A stretch of 64,000 nt of DNA from Halorussus marinus. GTDB lineage: Archaea > Halobacteriota > Halobacteria > Halobacteriales > Haladaptataceae. Positions 31,583-42,622 of this stretch are shown in pieces. Position 1 is the stretch's first letter. Each line of letters starts with the position of its first letter. Location: contig NZ_SBIV01000002.1 of the NCBI RefSeq assembly GCF_004765795.1, positions 62,001-126,000 of the forward strand, read 5' to 3'. The notes under the pieces are model-generated. The model worked only from the letters and a program-made list of their open reading frames with translations, was not told the DNA's origin and made no database searches. A program made the translations under genes and the position numbers.

Positions 31583-32371
31583 ATGATGGACGAAAACGAC
31601 GCGCTCGCGCCCGCGGTCAGATCGATCCTGCGGGCCGCGGAGGACCGGGGCGACCCCGACGCCGACCGACTGTCTGTCGACGCTCGATCGTTCCCGGACG
31701 CGGTCGCGTCGGCGGAGGCCGACGGCCGCCTCCCGGTCGTCGCGGAGATCAAGCCGACGAGCCCGACCACGGCGGGCACCCGCGAGGCCGACCCCGTGGC
31801 GCTCGCCGAGCGGATGATCGACGGCGGTGCGGCCGCGCTCTCGGTGCTGACCGAGCCCGAACACTTCGGCGGCTCGCCCGAGACCCTCCGGCGGGTCCGA
31901 GCGGCGGTCGACGTGCCCGTGCTCCGGAAGGACTTTCTGCTCGAAGCGGCCCAACTCGACACCGTCGAAGCGGATCTGGTCTTGCTCATCGCGCGGTTCG
32001 TCGACGACCTCGACGGGCTGGTCGCCGCCGCGAAGGCCCGTGGCTTTCAGGTGCTCGTCGAGGTCCACGACCGCGCGGAGCTCAGACGGGCGATCGAGGC
32101 GGGCGCCGAGATCGTCGGCGTGAACAACCGCGATCTGGCGAAGCTCGCGGTCGACCTCGAAACGTTCGAGTCGGTCGCGCCCCACGTCCCGGACGACGTG
32201 ACGCTGGTCGCCGAGAGCGGGATCGCGACCCCCGACGACGCCCGGCGGATGCGAGCGGCCGGCGCCGACGCGCTGCTGGTCGGCTCGGCGATCATGGACG
32301 GCGTCGCGGACGGCGAAGGCGACGCCCTCGAAACGGTGACCGAGAACACACAGAGGCTGACACACGCATGA
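31583..32371 (+). CDS. trpC: Indole-3-glycerol phosphate synthase
   Basis: [32 protein letters not shown] and AESGI. Confidence 0.96.
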   Translation: MMDENDALAPAVRSILRAAEDRGDPDADRLSVDARSFPDAVASAEADGRLPVVAEIKPTSPTTAGTREADPVALAERMIDGGAAALSVLTEPEHFGGSPETLRRVRAAVDVPVLRKDFLLEAAQLDTVEADLVLLIARFVDDLDGLVAAAKARGFQVLVEVHDRAELRRAIEAGAEIVGVNNRDLAKLAVDLETFESVAPHVPDDVTLVAESGIATPDDARRMRAAGADALLVGSAIMDGVADGEGDALETVTENTQRLTHA

Positions 32372-33663
32372 GTAGCGAACCCAAGTTCGGCGATTACGGC
32401 GGCCAGTACGTCCCCGAGGCGCTGATGCCCGCCGTCGAGGAACTGACCGACGCGTACGAGCGGTACGTGTTGAAAAACGAGGACGGCTTCGTCGACGAGT
32501 TCCGGCGCCGGCTGGCCGACTTCGGCGGCCGGCCCACGCCGCTCCAGCGCGCCGACGCCCTCTCCGAGCGGTACGATCGAGAGATCTACCTCAAGCGCGA
32601 GGACCTGCTCCACGGGGGCGCCCACAAGCTCAACAACGCGCTCGGGCAGGTCCTGCTCGCGAAGTACATGGGCAAAGACCGCATCGTGGCCGAGACCGGC
32701 GCCGGCCAGCACGGCACCGCGACCGCGATGGCGGCGGCCCACCTCGACATCGACTGCGAGATCTACATGGGCCGGACCGACATCAACCGCCAGCGCCCCA
32801 ACGTCTTCCGGATGCGCATCCACGACGCGGCGGTCAACCCCGTCGAGATGGGGTCGGGCACGCTCAAGGAGGCGATCAACGAGACGATGCGCGACTGGGC
32901 GACCAACGTCGAGGACACCCACTACGTGATCGGCTCGATCGTCGGCCCGCACCCGTTCCCCCAGATGGTCCGGGACTTCCAGTCGGTCATCTCCGAGGAG
33001 GCCCGCGAGCAGATCCGCGAGAAAGCGGGCCGGCTCCCCGACAGCGTGGTCGCGTGCGCCGGCGGCGGCTCGAACACGATGGGCGCGTTCCACGAGTTCG
33101 TCGACGACGAGGCGGTCGACCTCTACGCGGTCGAGGCCGGCGGCTCGGGGCTGACAATCGACGAGGAGAACGACCTCGCGCCCCACTCGGCGTCGCTGTC
33201 GGCGGGCGAGGAGGGCGTCCTCCACGGCGCGCGCACCAAGCTCCTCCAGAACCCCGACGGCCAGATCCTCGAGTCCCACAGCGTGAGCGCGGGGCTCGAC
33301 TACTCGGGGGTCGGCCCGGAGCTCGCACATCTGGTCGACGACGACCGGGTGACGCCGGTCAACGTCGGCGACGACGCCGCCCTCGAAGCGTTCCACCGGC
33401 TCTCGAAGTTAGAGGGGATCATCCCGGCGCTCGAATCGAGCCACGCGCTGGCCTATCTGGAGCGCGCGGCGCGTAGCGTCGCCGACGGGTCGAGCGGCGA
33501 GCAAAGCGAGCCCGGAGACGACAGCGCCGACGAACTGGGCGACCTCGTGGTCGTCAACGTCTCGGGGCGGGGCGACAAGGACCTCGATACGGTCATCGAG
33601 GAGAGCGACGCCCGCGACATCGACGCCGCGCCGAGCATGGAGGTGTTCAACGGTGGCGAGTGA
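32368..33663 (+). CDS. trpB: Tryptophan synthase beta chain
   Basis: [35 protein letters not shown] and SGRGDKD; ATG at 32368 overlaps the trpC stop. Confidence 0.98.
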   Translation: MSSEPKFGDYGGQYVPEALMPAVEELTDAYERYVLKNEDGFVDEFRRRLADFGGRPTPLQRADALSERYDREIYLKREDLLHGGAHKLNNALGQVLLAKYMGKDRIVAETGAGQHGTATAMAAAHLDIDCEIYMGRTDINRQRPNVFRMRIHDAAVNPVEMGSGTLKEAINETMRDWATNVEDTHYVIGSIVGPHPFPQMVRDFQSVISEEAREQIREKAGRLPDSVVACAGGGSNTMGAFHEFVDDEAVDLYAVEAGGSGLTIDEENDLAPHSASLSAGEEGVLHGARTKLLQNPDGQILESHSVSAGLDYSGVGPELAHLVDDDRVTPVNVGDDAALEAFHRLSKLEGIIPALESSHALAYLERAARSVADGSSGEQSEPGDDSADELGDLVVVNVSGRGDKDLDTVIEESDARDIDAAPSMEVFNGGE

Positions 33664-34468
33664 GATAGAAGCCGCCTTCGACGACGACCCCGCGCTCATC
33701 TCGTACGTCGCGGCGGGCGACCCCGACGCCGAGAGTACGAAGGAGTACGTCCGGGCGCTGGTCCGGGGCGGGGCCGACATCGTCGAGTTGGGCCTGCCGT
33801 TCTCCGAGCCGATCGCGGAGGGCTCGACGATTCAGGGCGCGATCCGGCGCGCGCTCGAGGCGGGCATGACGCCCCAGACGTATCTCGACCTCGTCGCGGA
33901 CCTCGACGTCGACGTGCCGCTTGTCTGTATGACCTACTACAATCTGATCTACCAGTACGGCGACGACCGGGGCGTCGAGCCCTTCGTCGCGGCCGCCGCC
34001 GAGGCGGGCATCGCGGGGCTGATCGTCCCCGACCTCCCGGTCGACGAGAGCGACCCGCTAAAGGAGGCCTGCGACGCCCACGGCCTCGATCTGATCTTCA
34101 TGGTCGCGCCGACCACGACCGACGACCGGCTCGACCGGATGCTCGCGCGGGCCTCCGGGTTCGTCTACGTGCAGGGACGGCTCGGGACGACGGGCGCGCG
34201 TTCGGACGTGAGCGACGAGACCCACGTCAGCCTCGACCGGCTGGACGCCGCCGACCTGCCGAAGGCGGTCGGGTTCGGGATCAGCGAGCGCGAGCACGCC
34301 CGCGAGATCGTCGCGGGTGGCGCCGACGGCGTGATCGTCGGGAGCGCGTTCGTGGACATCGTGGCCTCCCAGGAAAACGTGGCCGACCGCCTCGAAGCCA
34401 AGGCCCGCGAACTCAAGGCGGGCGCGGTCGAGGGCGCGGAGAAAGTACCGGAACCAGAACGAACTTAA
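33653..34468 (+). CDS. trpA: Tryptophan synthase alpha chain
   Basis: [22 protein letters not shown] and VGFGI. Confidence 0.97.
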   Translation: MASEIEAAFDDDPALISYVAAGDPDAESTKEYVRALVRGGADIVELGLPFSEPIAEGSTIQGAIRRALEAGMTPQTYLDLVADLDVDVPLVCMTYYNLIYQYGDDRGVEPFVAAAAEAGIAGLIVPDLPVDESDPLKEACDAHGLDLIFMVAPTTTDDRLDRMLARASGFVYVQGRLGTTGARSDVSDETHVSLDRLDAADLPKAVGFGISEREHAREIVAGGADGVIVGSAFVDIVASQENVADRLEAKARELKAGAVEGAEKVPEPERT

Positions 34469-34495
34469 CGGCCGCTTGCCACAGACTCACATACT

Positions 34496-35290
34496 ATGGA
34501 CGCCGGAACTGCGGCACGACTCGACCGGATCGGTACAGACGGAAACTACGTAATGGTCCCGATGGACCACGGCATCACGCTCGGAGCCGTCGACGGCCTC
34601 GTCGACATCGAATCGACCGTCGACGCGGTGACCCGCGGCGGCGCGGACTCGGTGCTCACCCAGAAGGGCATCGCGCCCCGCGTCCACCCGAACAAAAACG
34701 GGAAAGGCTACGTCGTCCACCTCAACGCCTCGACGACGATCGGTCCCCACAACAACGACAAGCGGCTCACCGGGAGCGTCAAGGAAGCGGTCCGGGCGGG
34801 CGCGGACGCGGTCTCGTTTCACATCAACGTCGGGAGCGACTACGAGCGCGACCAGCTCGAAGCGCTCTCCCGGATCACCGACACCGCCGACGAGTACGGG
34901 ATGCCCGTGCTCGCGATGGCCTACGCTCGCGGGCCGGGGGTCGACGAACACGACGCGGAGAGTCTGGGCCACGCGGTCCGACTCGCCGAGGAGGTCGGCG
35001 CGGACCTCGTGAAGACCGCCTACAGCGGCGACGCCGAGAGCTTCGAGCGGGTCACCGAGTCGACCGCCAAGCCGGTCATCATCGCGGGCGGCGAGCCCGA
35101 GGGCGACCGCGCGACGCTCCGAAACGTTCGGGGCGCGATGGACGCCGGAGCCTCGGGGGTGTCGATGGGCAGGACCATGTTCCAGCACGGCGACCCCGAG
35201 GCGCTCTCGAACGCCGTCGCGCTCGTGGTCCACGAGGGCTACTCGGCCGACGAGGCGCTCGGCGAGGCCGGGCTGGCGGTCGAGGCCTGA
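34496..35290 (+). CDS. 2-amino-3,7-dideoxy-D-threo-hept-6-ulosonate synthase (class I aldolase, AroA')
   Basis: PMDHG, HINVGS, MAYARG, ADLVKT and AGG motifs; follows trpCBA. Confidence 0.88.
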   Translation: MDAGTAARLDRIGTDGNYVMVPMDHGITLGAVDGLVDIESTVDAVTRGGADSVLTQKGIAPRVHPNKNGKGYVVHLNASTTIGPHNNDKRLTGSVKEAVRAGADAVSFHINVGSDYERDQLEALSRITDTADEYGMPVLAMAYARGPGVDEHDAESLGHAVRLAEEVGADLVKTAYSGDAESFERVTESTAKPVIIAGGEPEGDRATLRNVRGAMDAGASGVSMGRTMFQHGDPEALSNAVALVVHEGYSADEALGEAGLAVEA

Positions 35291-35441
35291 CGCGGTTCCG
35301 GCAGACGCCGTTCTCGCGGTCTTCACGAGTGCAGTCGCGTTCTACGCCGGATCGCTCCGAATCGAAGGCCCAACGCCGGACCGAGCCCCGAGGCCGGTCG
35401 GGAACGGAACCGATAAACGAATCCCGGCAATTTTTACTCGC

Positions 35442-36491
35442 ATGGAGCGCGAACCGCAGGACTTCGGGCGGGTCCTCTCGTCGATGTGTACCAAGCCCCA
35501 CCCCGACGCCCGCGCGGCCGCCGACCGCTTCCTCGCGAGCAACCCCGGCGACCCAACCACCTACCCCGCGGTCGCCGACCTGGAACGGGAGGTGGTCGCG
35601 ACGCTGGGAGAGATCACCGGCCTCTCGGACCCCCACGGCTACGTCGCCAGCGGGGGCACCGAGGCGAACCTCCAGGCGGTGCGGGCCGCCCGGAATCGCT
35701 CGGACGCCGACGCCCCGAACGTCGTGGCCCCCGAGAGCGTCCACTTCAGCTTCCGGAAAGCCGCGGACGTACTCGGCGTCGAACTGCGGCTCGCTCCGGT
35801 CGACGCCGACCGCCGGGCCGACCCCGCCGCGGTCCGGCGGCTCGCCGACCCCGACACCGCGCTCGTGGTCGGCGTCGCGGGGACCACCGAGTACGGGCGC
35901 GTGGACCCGATTCCCGACCTCGCCGCGGTCGCCGAGGAGGTCGGGGCGCTGGTGCACGTCGACGCGGCGTGGGGCGGGTTCGCCCTCCCGTTTACCGACC
36001 GCGATTGGAACTTCGCCGACGCCCCGGTCGACACGATGACGATAGACCCCCACAAGCTGGGCCGGGCGCCGGTTCCGGCGGGCGGGTTCCTCGCTCGCGA
36101 GCAGGCGGTCGTCGACGGGCTCGCGGTCGACACGCCCTACCTCGATTCGGCCTCCCAGGCCAGCCTGACCGGCACCCGGAGCGGCGCGGGGGTCGCGGGC
36201 GCCCGCGCGGCGCTCGACGCGCTGTGGCCCGACGGCTACCGCCGCAACTACGAGCGTGGGCTCGCGAACGCCGAGTGGCTCGCCGACGCCCTCGAATCGC
36301 GGGGGTACGACGTGATCGAGCCGGTGCTCCCGCTCGTCGCGGCCGACGTGCCGGCGGCGACCGTCGAGTCGCTACGGGCCGAGGGGTGGCGGGTCTCGCC
36401 GACGGGCGCGGGCGAGCTCCGGGTGGTCTGTATGCCCCACGTCACCCGCGAGATGCTCGAAGCGTTCGTGGCCGACCTCGACGCGGCGTGA
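35442..36491 (+). CDS. mfnA: PLP-dependent tyrosine/aspartate decarboxylase MfnA
   Basis: [29 protein letters not shown] and DPHK (PLP lysine). Confidence 0.92.
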   Translation: MEREPQDFGRVLSSMCTKPHPDARAAADRFLASNPGDPTTYPAVADLEREVVATLGEITGLSDPHGYVASGGTEANLQAVRAARNRSDADAPNVVAPESVHFSFRKAADVLGVELRLAPVDADRRADPAAVRRLADPDTALVVGVAGTTEYGRVDPIPDLAAVAEEVGALVHVDAAWGGFALPFTDRDWNFADAPVDTMTIDPHKLGRAPVPAGGFLAREQAVVDGLAVDTPYLDSASQASLTGTRSGAGVAGARAALDALWPDGYRRNYERGLANAEWLADALESRGYDVIEPVLPLVAADVPAATVESLRAEGWRVSPTGAGELRVVCMPHVTREMLEAFVADLDAA

Positions 36492-36624
36492 CCGCCGGGA
36501 CGATCTGGGGACCGCGCTCACGGCGTTTCTCGCGAACGCCGTCACCGCCTCGGCCGGCGCCGGCCCGTCGCGCTCGCCACCGGGAGACACAACAACTAAG
36601 ACCGCGGTTTCCCATCTACGAGCC

Positions 36625-37185
36625 GTGTTTAGTCTGGGTCTGCCGCTGCTGCTCGACGTCCCCGCGCTCGGATCGTTCGAGTGGGTCCAACACGCCGTCG
36701 AGACCGCGACAGGGTGGGTCGGATTGGTCATCATCTTCGTCTACTCGTTTCTCATCGCCTTCGCGCTCCCCGGCGTGAGCGAGGTGGTGCTCGCGGCGCC
36801 GCTCGACCTCGGGCTCTCGCGGCCGGCCAAGCTCGCGGTCATCATCGTCATCAGCGGGCTCGGCAAGGCCGCCGGGAGCATGCTCGCGTTCCACATCGGA
36901 CAGGAGGCCAAAGAGTCGGGGCCGATCATCTCCGCGCTCAGGCGATCGCGGTTCGACATCATCGAGTGGTCGGAGAAAAACACCGTCAAGCTCGCCCGCA
37001 AGTGGGGATACCTCGGGATGGCGCTGGCGCTCTCGGTGCCGTTCTTCCCGGACACCATCTCCATCTACGCGTTCGCGGTGCTCGAAGAGGACTACGGCAA
37101 GTTCGCGCTGGCGACGTTCGCGGGGAGCGTCGGCCGCCTGCTGGTGACGCTGTTTCTCGTCGGCTCGACGGTGCTCGTGTTCTGA
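36625..37185 (+). CDS. YqaA/DedA (VTT-domain) membrane protein
   Basis: YSFLIAFALPGVSE, GKAAGS, PFFPD and F...GR motifs. Confidence 0.8.
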   Translation: MFSLGLPLLLDVPALGSFEWVQHAVETATGWVGLVIIFVYSFLIAFALPGVSEVVLAAPLDLGLSRPAKLAVIIVISGLGKAAGSMLAFHIGQEAKESGPIISALRRSRFDIIEWSEKNTVKLARKWGYLGMALALSVPFFPDTISIYAFAVLEEDYGKFALATFAGSVGRLLVTLFLVGSTVLVF

Positions 37186-37191
37186 GGCGGG

Positions 37192-38571
37192 CTACAGGTA
37201 GTCGAACTCGCGGTCGGTCCCGGTCTCGAACCCCTGTCGCTCGTGGGCCCACTCGAACGGGCGCTCGTCGGTTCGGTCGGCGAGGAACTCCACGATCCGG
37301 TCGCCGACGTCGCTCCCGTAGAGGGCCGGCCCCGCCGCCATGCGCTCGCGGGTCCGATCGTCGTCGTAGACGTGCTCGATCATCTCGCGGACGAACTCGC
37401 CCGAGACGGGCGGGACGAGCAGGTTGGTGTTCGCGTCGAACACCGTCTCGGGGCGGTCGGTGTTGAACCGCGCGGTCAGACACAGCGCCTCGTCGATGTG
37501 GTTGAGCTCTTCCTGCATGCTCCCCGAGTCGGTGAACGCCGCGAAACACTGGCCCGATTCGAGGAACTCGTAGACGTGGGCGTGTTTCTTCCACAGACCG
37601 GTGAACAGGAAGTTGTCGCGCTCGTCGGCGAGCCCGACCAGCTTCTCGCGGAGCCCGTACTCGCGCAGGGCGCGTTCGGTCGCGGTGAGCTCGACGAAGT
37701 TGACGTTGTGGCCGTCCTCGACCAGTCCGATCACGGCGTCGACGACGCTCTCGAAGCGCTCGGGGAGCAGATTCGCGCGGCGGTGGATGTCGACCCGGAT
37801 CCAGTCGTCGCGGTCTTCTAAGACCGGGTAAACGTCGAAGACGCTCTCGTCGAGGTCGGCGTCTTTCTTCGCCTCGATCGCGTCGACCACGGAGTTTCCG
37901 ACCACCGGGATGCGCTCGCGACCGTCGACCGCGCCGGGATAGCCCTCCTCGCGGAGGTGGCGGCGGTTCAGGTCGGTCGGCGCGAAGTGATAGAGCGCGG
38001 CCGCCGAGCCGACGAAGGTGTCGTACTGCTCGGGGAACGGCTCGGTCCGGTTGCGCTCCCACTCGCCGTCCCACTGGGCGGCGACGACCTCGGCGGGGTC
38101 GGCCGACGGCTCCAGTTCGACCGGCGCCATCCCGCGGAGCCCGGCCTCGTTGTGCGCGACCAGCTGGTTCGTCGCGAACAGCCACGCCTGCGGGACGATC
38201 CCCGCCGCGAGGGTGTCGCCGTGGACGATCGGCAACACCGTCGTGTCGGGGTACCGCTCGTCGAGCGTCTCGGCGAACCGCTCGACCTTCCGCATCAGCT
38301 GGGCGGTCTTCTCCGAGAGGTCGCCCCGGACCCGGAGGTCGGCCCCGACCCGGTCTTCGATGCCGTACTCGGTCAGTCCGTGGCCGAGCACGTCGTCGTA
38401 GTGCTGGCCGGTGTGGAGCACGAAACACGGGACGCCGCGCCGGTCGGCCGCGGTCACCAGCGGCGCCTGCTTGTAGAAGTCGGGCTTCGTCGCGGTCACG
38501 ACCGCGAGTGCGCGGTCGGCTCGGTCCAACTGGGCCGCGAGTCGGTCGTGGTAGATCTCCATCTCGGGCAT
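37192..38571 (-). CDS. UDP-N-acetylglucosamine 2-epimerase family protein
   Basis: TKPDFYK, HTGQHYD, VHGDT, HNEAGLR, HRRAN, TDSGSMQEE and TDRPE. Start is 38571 or 38562. Confidence 0.9.
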   Translation of the reverse strand: MPEMEIYHDRLAAQLDRADRALAVVTATKPDFYKQAPLVTAADRRGVPCFVLHTGQHYDDVLGHGLTEYGIEDRVGADLRVRGDLSEKTAQLMRKVERFAETLDERYPDTTVLPIVHGDTLAAGIVPQAWLFATNQLVAHNEAGLRGMAPVELEPSADPAEVVAAQWDGEWERNRTEPFPEQYDTFVGSAAALYHFAPTDLNRRHLREEGYPGAVDGRERIPVVGNSVVDAIEAKKDADLDESVFDVYPVLEDRDDWIRVDIHRRANLLPERFESVVDAVIGLVEDGHNVNFVELTATERALREYGLREKLVGLADERDNFLFTGLWKKHAHVYEFLESGQCFAAFTDSGSMQEELNHIDEALCLTARFNTDRPETVFDANTNLLVPPVSGEFVREMIEHVYDDDRTRERMAAGPALYGSDVGDRIVEFLADRTDERPFEWAHERQGFETGTDREFDYL

Positions 38572-38660
38572 TCGGTACGGAACCAGTGTGGCGAGCGACG
38601 AGTAGGTTCCCATTCGCGAACGGAAGCGTTCAAACCGGGCGGGCGACAACCGACGAGCCG

Positions 38661-39071
38661 ATGGACGACGAGAGCCGGATCGCCGACCTCGACGCGGTAC
38701 CCGCAGACTCGACGCTACTGTTCACGGTCCGGGACGGCTTCGACGAGCGCGAGGCCGTCCTGACCCGGACCGACGACGGCGACGCGGTCGCCTACGAGAA
38801 CTACTGCCAGCACTGGACCGACGTGCGCCTCGACAAGGGGAGCGGCGCGGCCAGACGCGACGGCGAACTCGTCTGTGGCAAGCACGGCGCGCTGTTCGCC
38901 GTCGACACCGGGACCTGTACCCACGGTCCCTGCGAGGGCGCGACCCTCCAGTCGGTCGAGGTGACGGTCGACGGCGACGGGGTGTATCTCACCGACGACG
39001 ACTACGAGTTCGTCCAGACGGGGTCGGCGATGGAGTACGACCTCTCGTCGGACCGATCGCTCGGGTTCTGA
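38661..39071 (+). CDS. Rieske [2Fe-2S] protein
   Basis: CQH...CGKHGALF...TG.C..GPC. Confidence 0.9.
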   Translation: MDDESRIADLDAVPADSTLLFTVRDGFDEREAVLTRTDDGDAVAYENYCQHWTDVRLDKGSGAARRDGELVCGKHGALFAVDTGTCTHGPCEGATLQSVEVTVDGDGVYLTDDDYEFVQTGSAMEYDLSSDRSLGF

Positions 39072-39094
39072 GGCCCCGGGAGATCAACTCGGAG

Positions 39095-39394
39095 TCAGGA
39101 CTCCTCGGCGATCCGGAACTCGGGCTCGGCGACCGACTCGCTCTTGCACTCCGGGCACCGTGACGGGCGGTTCGCTCGGTCGTCGAACCGGTCGAAGCCA
39201 CAGTCCCGACACTCCGGGGGCGCGACCAGCAACTCCTCGTCGCGGTCGGACAGCGACCGGGCGACGTGCCGGACGTGCTCGACCGCGACGTTCGCGGTCA
39301 CGTCGAACTCGGCCGCGAGCGAACTCGGCGACGCGGCGGTCTCGCGGAGGTGGGTAGTGATGCGCTCGCGGGTGGTTGCGTCGGCTTCGCGCAT
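39095..39394 (-). CDS. HTH plus Zn-ribbon transcriptional regulator (COG3357-like)
   Basis: TTRERI...HVRHVARS...PPECRDCGF...PSRCPECKS. Confidence 0.88.
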   Translation of the reverse strand: MREADATTRERITTHLRETAASPSSLAAEFDVTANVAVEHVRHVARSLSDRDEELLVAPPECRDCGFDRFDDRANRPSRCPECKSESVAEPEFRIAEES

Positions 39395-39484
39395 GCCCGG
39401 TGGTCGCCCCCGCACGGACATAACCCTTCTCCCGGCGGGGGAGTTAAATACCGGACGTGCGACGTACCGCGGAACGACCGAGAG

Positions 39485-41116
39485 ATGACCGAGACCCAAC
39501 GCGACCTCGACGACCTCCGACGGCGCGTCCACCGGCTCGAGGCCGTCGTCGAGACCACCCCCGACCCGATGGTCCTCAAAGACGACGCGGGCCGATACCG
39601 ATTCGTCAACGCCGCGACCGCCGAGTACCTCGACCGCGAGCCCAGCGACGTCGTCGGCGCGACCGACGTCGACCTGTTCGGCGCGGAGACCGGCCGCCGG
39701 ATCCGCCGACAGGAACGGGCCGTCCGCGAGACCGAACGCACCCAGACGTTCGAGGAGACGCTGAGGGTCGGCGGACGCGAGCGGGTGTTCGAGACCACTC
39801 GCTCGCCCTACTACGACCCGACCGGCGACCTCGCGGGGACGGTCACGGTCTGTCGGGACGTGACCGATCGGATCGCGCGCGAGCGGACCTTAGAGACCCA
39901 GCGCGACCAGTTGGCGACGCTGAACCGGATCAACGACGTGACCCGAGGCGTGATCCGGCGACTCATCGGCGAGCCGAGCCGCGAGGACATCGAGCGGTCG
40001 GTCTGCGAGCGGCTGCTCGAGTCGACGCTCTATCAGTTCGCGTGGATCGGCGCGCCCGAGCCCGCCGGCGAGCGCGTGACCGGCGTCGCCGGAGCGGGCC
40101 TCGACGACGACCTCCGGGAGATTATCGCCGACGCCGACGCGAGCGAGGACAGCGATCAACCGCTCGCGCTCGCCTACTACGACGCCGAACCGCAGGTCGT
40201 CGAGAACGTCTCGGACCACGAGTCGCTCGACGCCGACCGCCGGGAGGCGTTCGTCGAGCGCGGCGTCGAGTCGGGGATCGCAGTGCCGATCCGGTACGGC
40301 GACGCCACCTACGGCGTCCTCGCGGTCGGCTCGGAGCGGCCCGCGGCGTTCAGCCAGCCCGAGACCGACGCCTTCGAGCTACTGGGCGAGGTGGTCGGGT
40401 TCGCGATCGACGCGGTCAACCACCGGCGGCTGGCGCTGTCGCCGACGGTGACCGAGGTGGAGTTCCGGCTGACCGACGCCGACTCGTTTTACCTCTCGCT
40501 CACCGAGGCGTTCGACTGCACCCTCGAGCTCGAAGGGATGACCCCGGGGCCGGACGGATCGCTGTTGTTCTACGACTCGGTGACCGACGTCGACCCCGAC
40601 GCCGTGCTGGCGTTCGCGGCCGACTGGGACGGGATCGAGGACGCGAGGATCGTCAGCGACGGTCCCGAGCGCACGCTGTTCGAGTTCACCGCCACGGGCG
40701 CGTCGGTGGTGCTCGCACTCTCCGAGCACGGAGCACACACCACCGAGGCCGTGGCCGACCGCGGGGAGGGTCGGATCGTCGCCGAGCTCCCGGCCGACGC
40801 CGACCTCCGGGCGGTGATCGAGCGCGTCCGGGCCGCGTTCCCGGACGTAGAGTTGGTCGCCAAGCGCGACCGCGAGCGCGAGGTGCGAAGCGCACGGGAG
40901 TTCAGGCGAGAGCTGAGCGGCCGGCTGACCGAGGCCCAGCGGAGCGCGCTCCGGGCGACGTACTTCGCGGGCTACTACAACTGGCCCCGCGACAGCACCG
41001 CCGAGGAGGTCGCCGACTCGCTGGGGATCGCCTCGCCGACGCTCCACCAGCACCTCCGGAAGGCCGAACGCGAACTGCTCGGGGCGTTCTTCGACGACGA
41101 GCTGGGCGGACCCTAG
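39485..41116 (+). CDS. PAS-GAF-HTH10 (Bat-like) sensor regulator
   Basis: PAS (YRFVN...RDVTDR), GAF (AWIG, AVPIRY..YGVL) and C-terminal LTEAQ...GYYNWPR...SPTLHQHLRKAE. Confidence 0.92.
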   Translation: MTETQRDLDDLRRRVHRLEAVVETTPDPMVLKDDAGRYRFVNAATAEYLDREPSDVVGATDVDLFGAETGRRIRRQERAVRETERTQTFEETLRVGGRERVFETTRSPYYDPTGDLAGTVTVCRDVTDRIARERTLETQRDQLATLNRINDVTRGVIRRLIGEPSREDIERSVCERLLESTLYQFAWIGAPEPAGERVTGVAGAGLDDDLREIIADADASEDSDQPLALAYYDAEPQVVENVSDHESLDADRREAFVERGVESGIAVPIRYGDATYGVLAVGSERPAAFSQPETDAFELLGEVVGFAIDAVNHRRLALSPTVTEVEFRLTDADSFYLSLTEAFDCTLELEGMTPGPDGSLLFYDSVTDVDPDAVLAFAADWDGIEDARIVSDGPERTLFEFTATGASVVLALSEHGAHTTEAVADRGEGRIVAELPADADLRAVIERVRAAFPDVELVAKRDREREVRSAREFRRELSGRLTEAQRSALRATYFAGYYNWPRDSTAEEVADSLGIASPTLHQHLRKAERELLGAFFDDELGGP

Positions 41117-41176
41117 ACAGTTAGGCCGACCGTTCTTAACCGTCTGTACGAAACACCGTAGCGACGGGGATACATC

Positions 41177-41554
41177 ATGAGCAAAGACGGGTTTCCGGAC
41201 GGCGGCGGAGCGAACGGGCCGACCACTCCGCGAGAGGCGGTCTCGCAGTTCGCCCACGAACAGTCGATCGCGACGGCGAAACTCGACTCGCTGTTCGGGA
41301 TTCTCGCGAACGGACAGCGTCGGCAGATACTCGCATATCTAGTCGAGACCGACGACGGCGTCGCGACGCTCCCCGAGCTCGCCGACCGGATCGCCGACGG
41401 CGAGGATCCCGAGCGCGCGACCCTCCGGCTCCACCACAATCACCTACCGAAACTCGAAGACGAGGGCTTCGTCGAGTACGACGCCCGGAGCGAGACGGTC
41501 CGCTATCGCGGGTCACAAGCGGTGACGGCGTGGGTCGAGTTCGCCCGCCGGTAG
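41177..41554 (+). CDS. Small ArsR-like winged-helix protein (DUF7344-like)
   Basis: LFGILANGQRRQILAYL...LHHNHLPKLEDEGFVEYD. Confidence 0.85.
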   Translation: MSKDGFPDGGGANGPTTPREAVSQFAHEQSIATAKLDSLFGILANGQRRQILAYLVETDDGVATLPELADRIADGEDPERATLRLHHNHLPKLEDEGFVEYDARSETVRYRGSQAVTAWVEFARR

Positions 41555-41644
41555 CGACGGCGACGAGAGCGACCGCCCGAGGGGGTCGGCGGCCCGACTT
41601 GCGAAATGAAAAAGGACTTATCGCGCCGAGTCGACTCTCGGGGC

Positions 41645-42613
41645 ATGAAAGCCGTCGTTCTTGCGGGCGGGTACGCGACGCGACTGTGGCCCATAACCAA
41701 ACATCGACCGAAGATGTTCCTCCCGGTCGGCGACTCGACCGTCATCGACCAGATATTCGGCGAGCTCGAGGCCGACGATCGGATCGACGAGGTGTTCGTC
41801 TCGACCAACGAGCGGTTCGCCGAGGACTTTCGCGACCACCTCGACGACAGCGAGTTCGACAAGCCGACGCTCACCATCGAGGACACCACCGAGGAAGACG
41901 AGAAGTTCGGGGTCGTGGGCGCGCTGGCCCAGCTTTTCGACCGCGAGAACGTGACCGACGACACCCTCGTCATCGCGGGGGACAACCTCATCAGCTTCGG
42001 GGTCAGCGACTTCGTCGACTTCTTCGAGGCGAAAGAGTCGCCGACGCTCGCGGCCTACGACGTCGGCTCCCGGGAGCGCGCGAAGTCCTACGGGCTGGTC
42101 GAACTCGACGACGACGAGGTCGTCGACTTCCAGGAGAAGCCAGACGACCCCAAGAGCACGCTGGTCTCGATCGCCTGCTATGCCTTCACCGCCGAGACGA
42201 TCCCGATGTTAGAGGAGTACCTCGAGGGCGGAAACAACCCCGACGAGCCCGGGTGGTTCCTCCAGTGGCTCCAGGCCCGCGAGTCGGTGTACGCCTACAC
42301 CTTCGACGAGGCGTGGTTCGACATCGGTACCCCCGAGAGCTACCTCGACGCGGTCGCGTGGGAGCTAGACGGCGAGAACCGGATCGCCGACGACGCCACG
42401 GTCGAAAACACCACGTTCGGCGAGAACGTTCACGTCATGGCGGGCGCCGAACTGATAAACTCCAGCGTCAACAACTCCATCGTGTTCCCCTCGGCGACGA
42501 TCCGGGACTGCGACATCCGCGACTCCATCATCGACGAGAAGACCCGGGTCGAGAACATGGACCTCGCCGGTGCCCTGATCGGCGCCCACACCCAGATCCT
42601 GAACGGCGAGTAG
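41645..42613 (+). CDS. Sugar-phosphate nucleotidyltransferase (NDP-sugar synthase)
   Basis: LAGGYATRLWPIT..RPK, EKP and WFDIGT; C-terminal hexapeptide repeats. Confidence 0.93.
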   Translation: MKAVVLAGGYATRLWPITKHRPKMFLPVGDSTVIDQIFGELEADDRIDEVFVSTNERFAEDFRDHLDDSEFDKPTLTIEDTTEEDEKFGVVGALAQLFDRENVTDDTLVIAGDNLISFGVSDFVDFFEAKESPTLAAYDVGSRERAKSYGLVELDDDEVVDFQEKPDDPKSTLVSIACYAFTAETIPMLEEYLEGGNNPDEPGWFLQWLQARESVYAYTFDEAWFDIGTPESYLDAVAWELDGENRIADDATVENTTFGENVHVMAGAELINSSVNNSIVFPSATIRDCDIRDSIIDEKTRVENMDLAGALIGAHTQILNGE

Positions 42614-42622
42614 CCCCGAGGG

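Noticed and set aside
31462..33663. 733-aa ORF suggesting an extended or fused TrpB
   Set aside because: The N-terminal part is an Arg-rich off-frame reading of trpC. TrpB starts at 32368.
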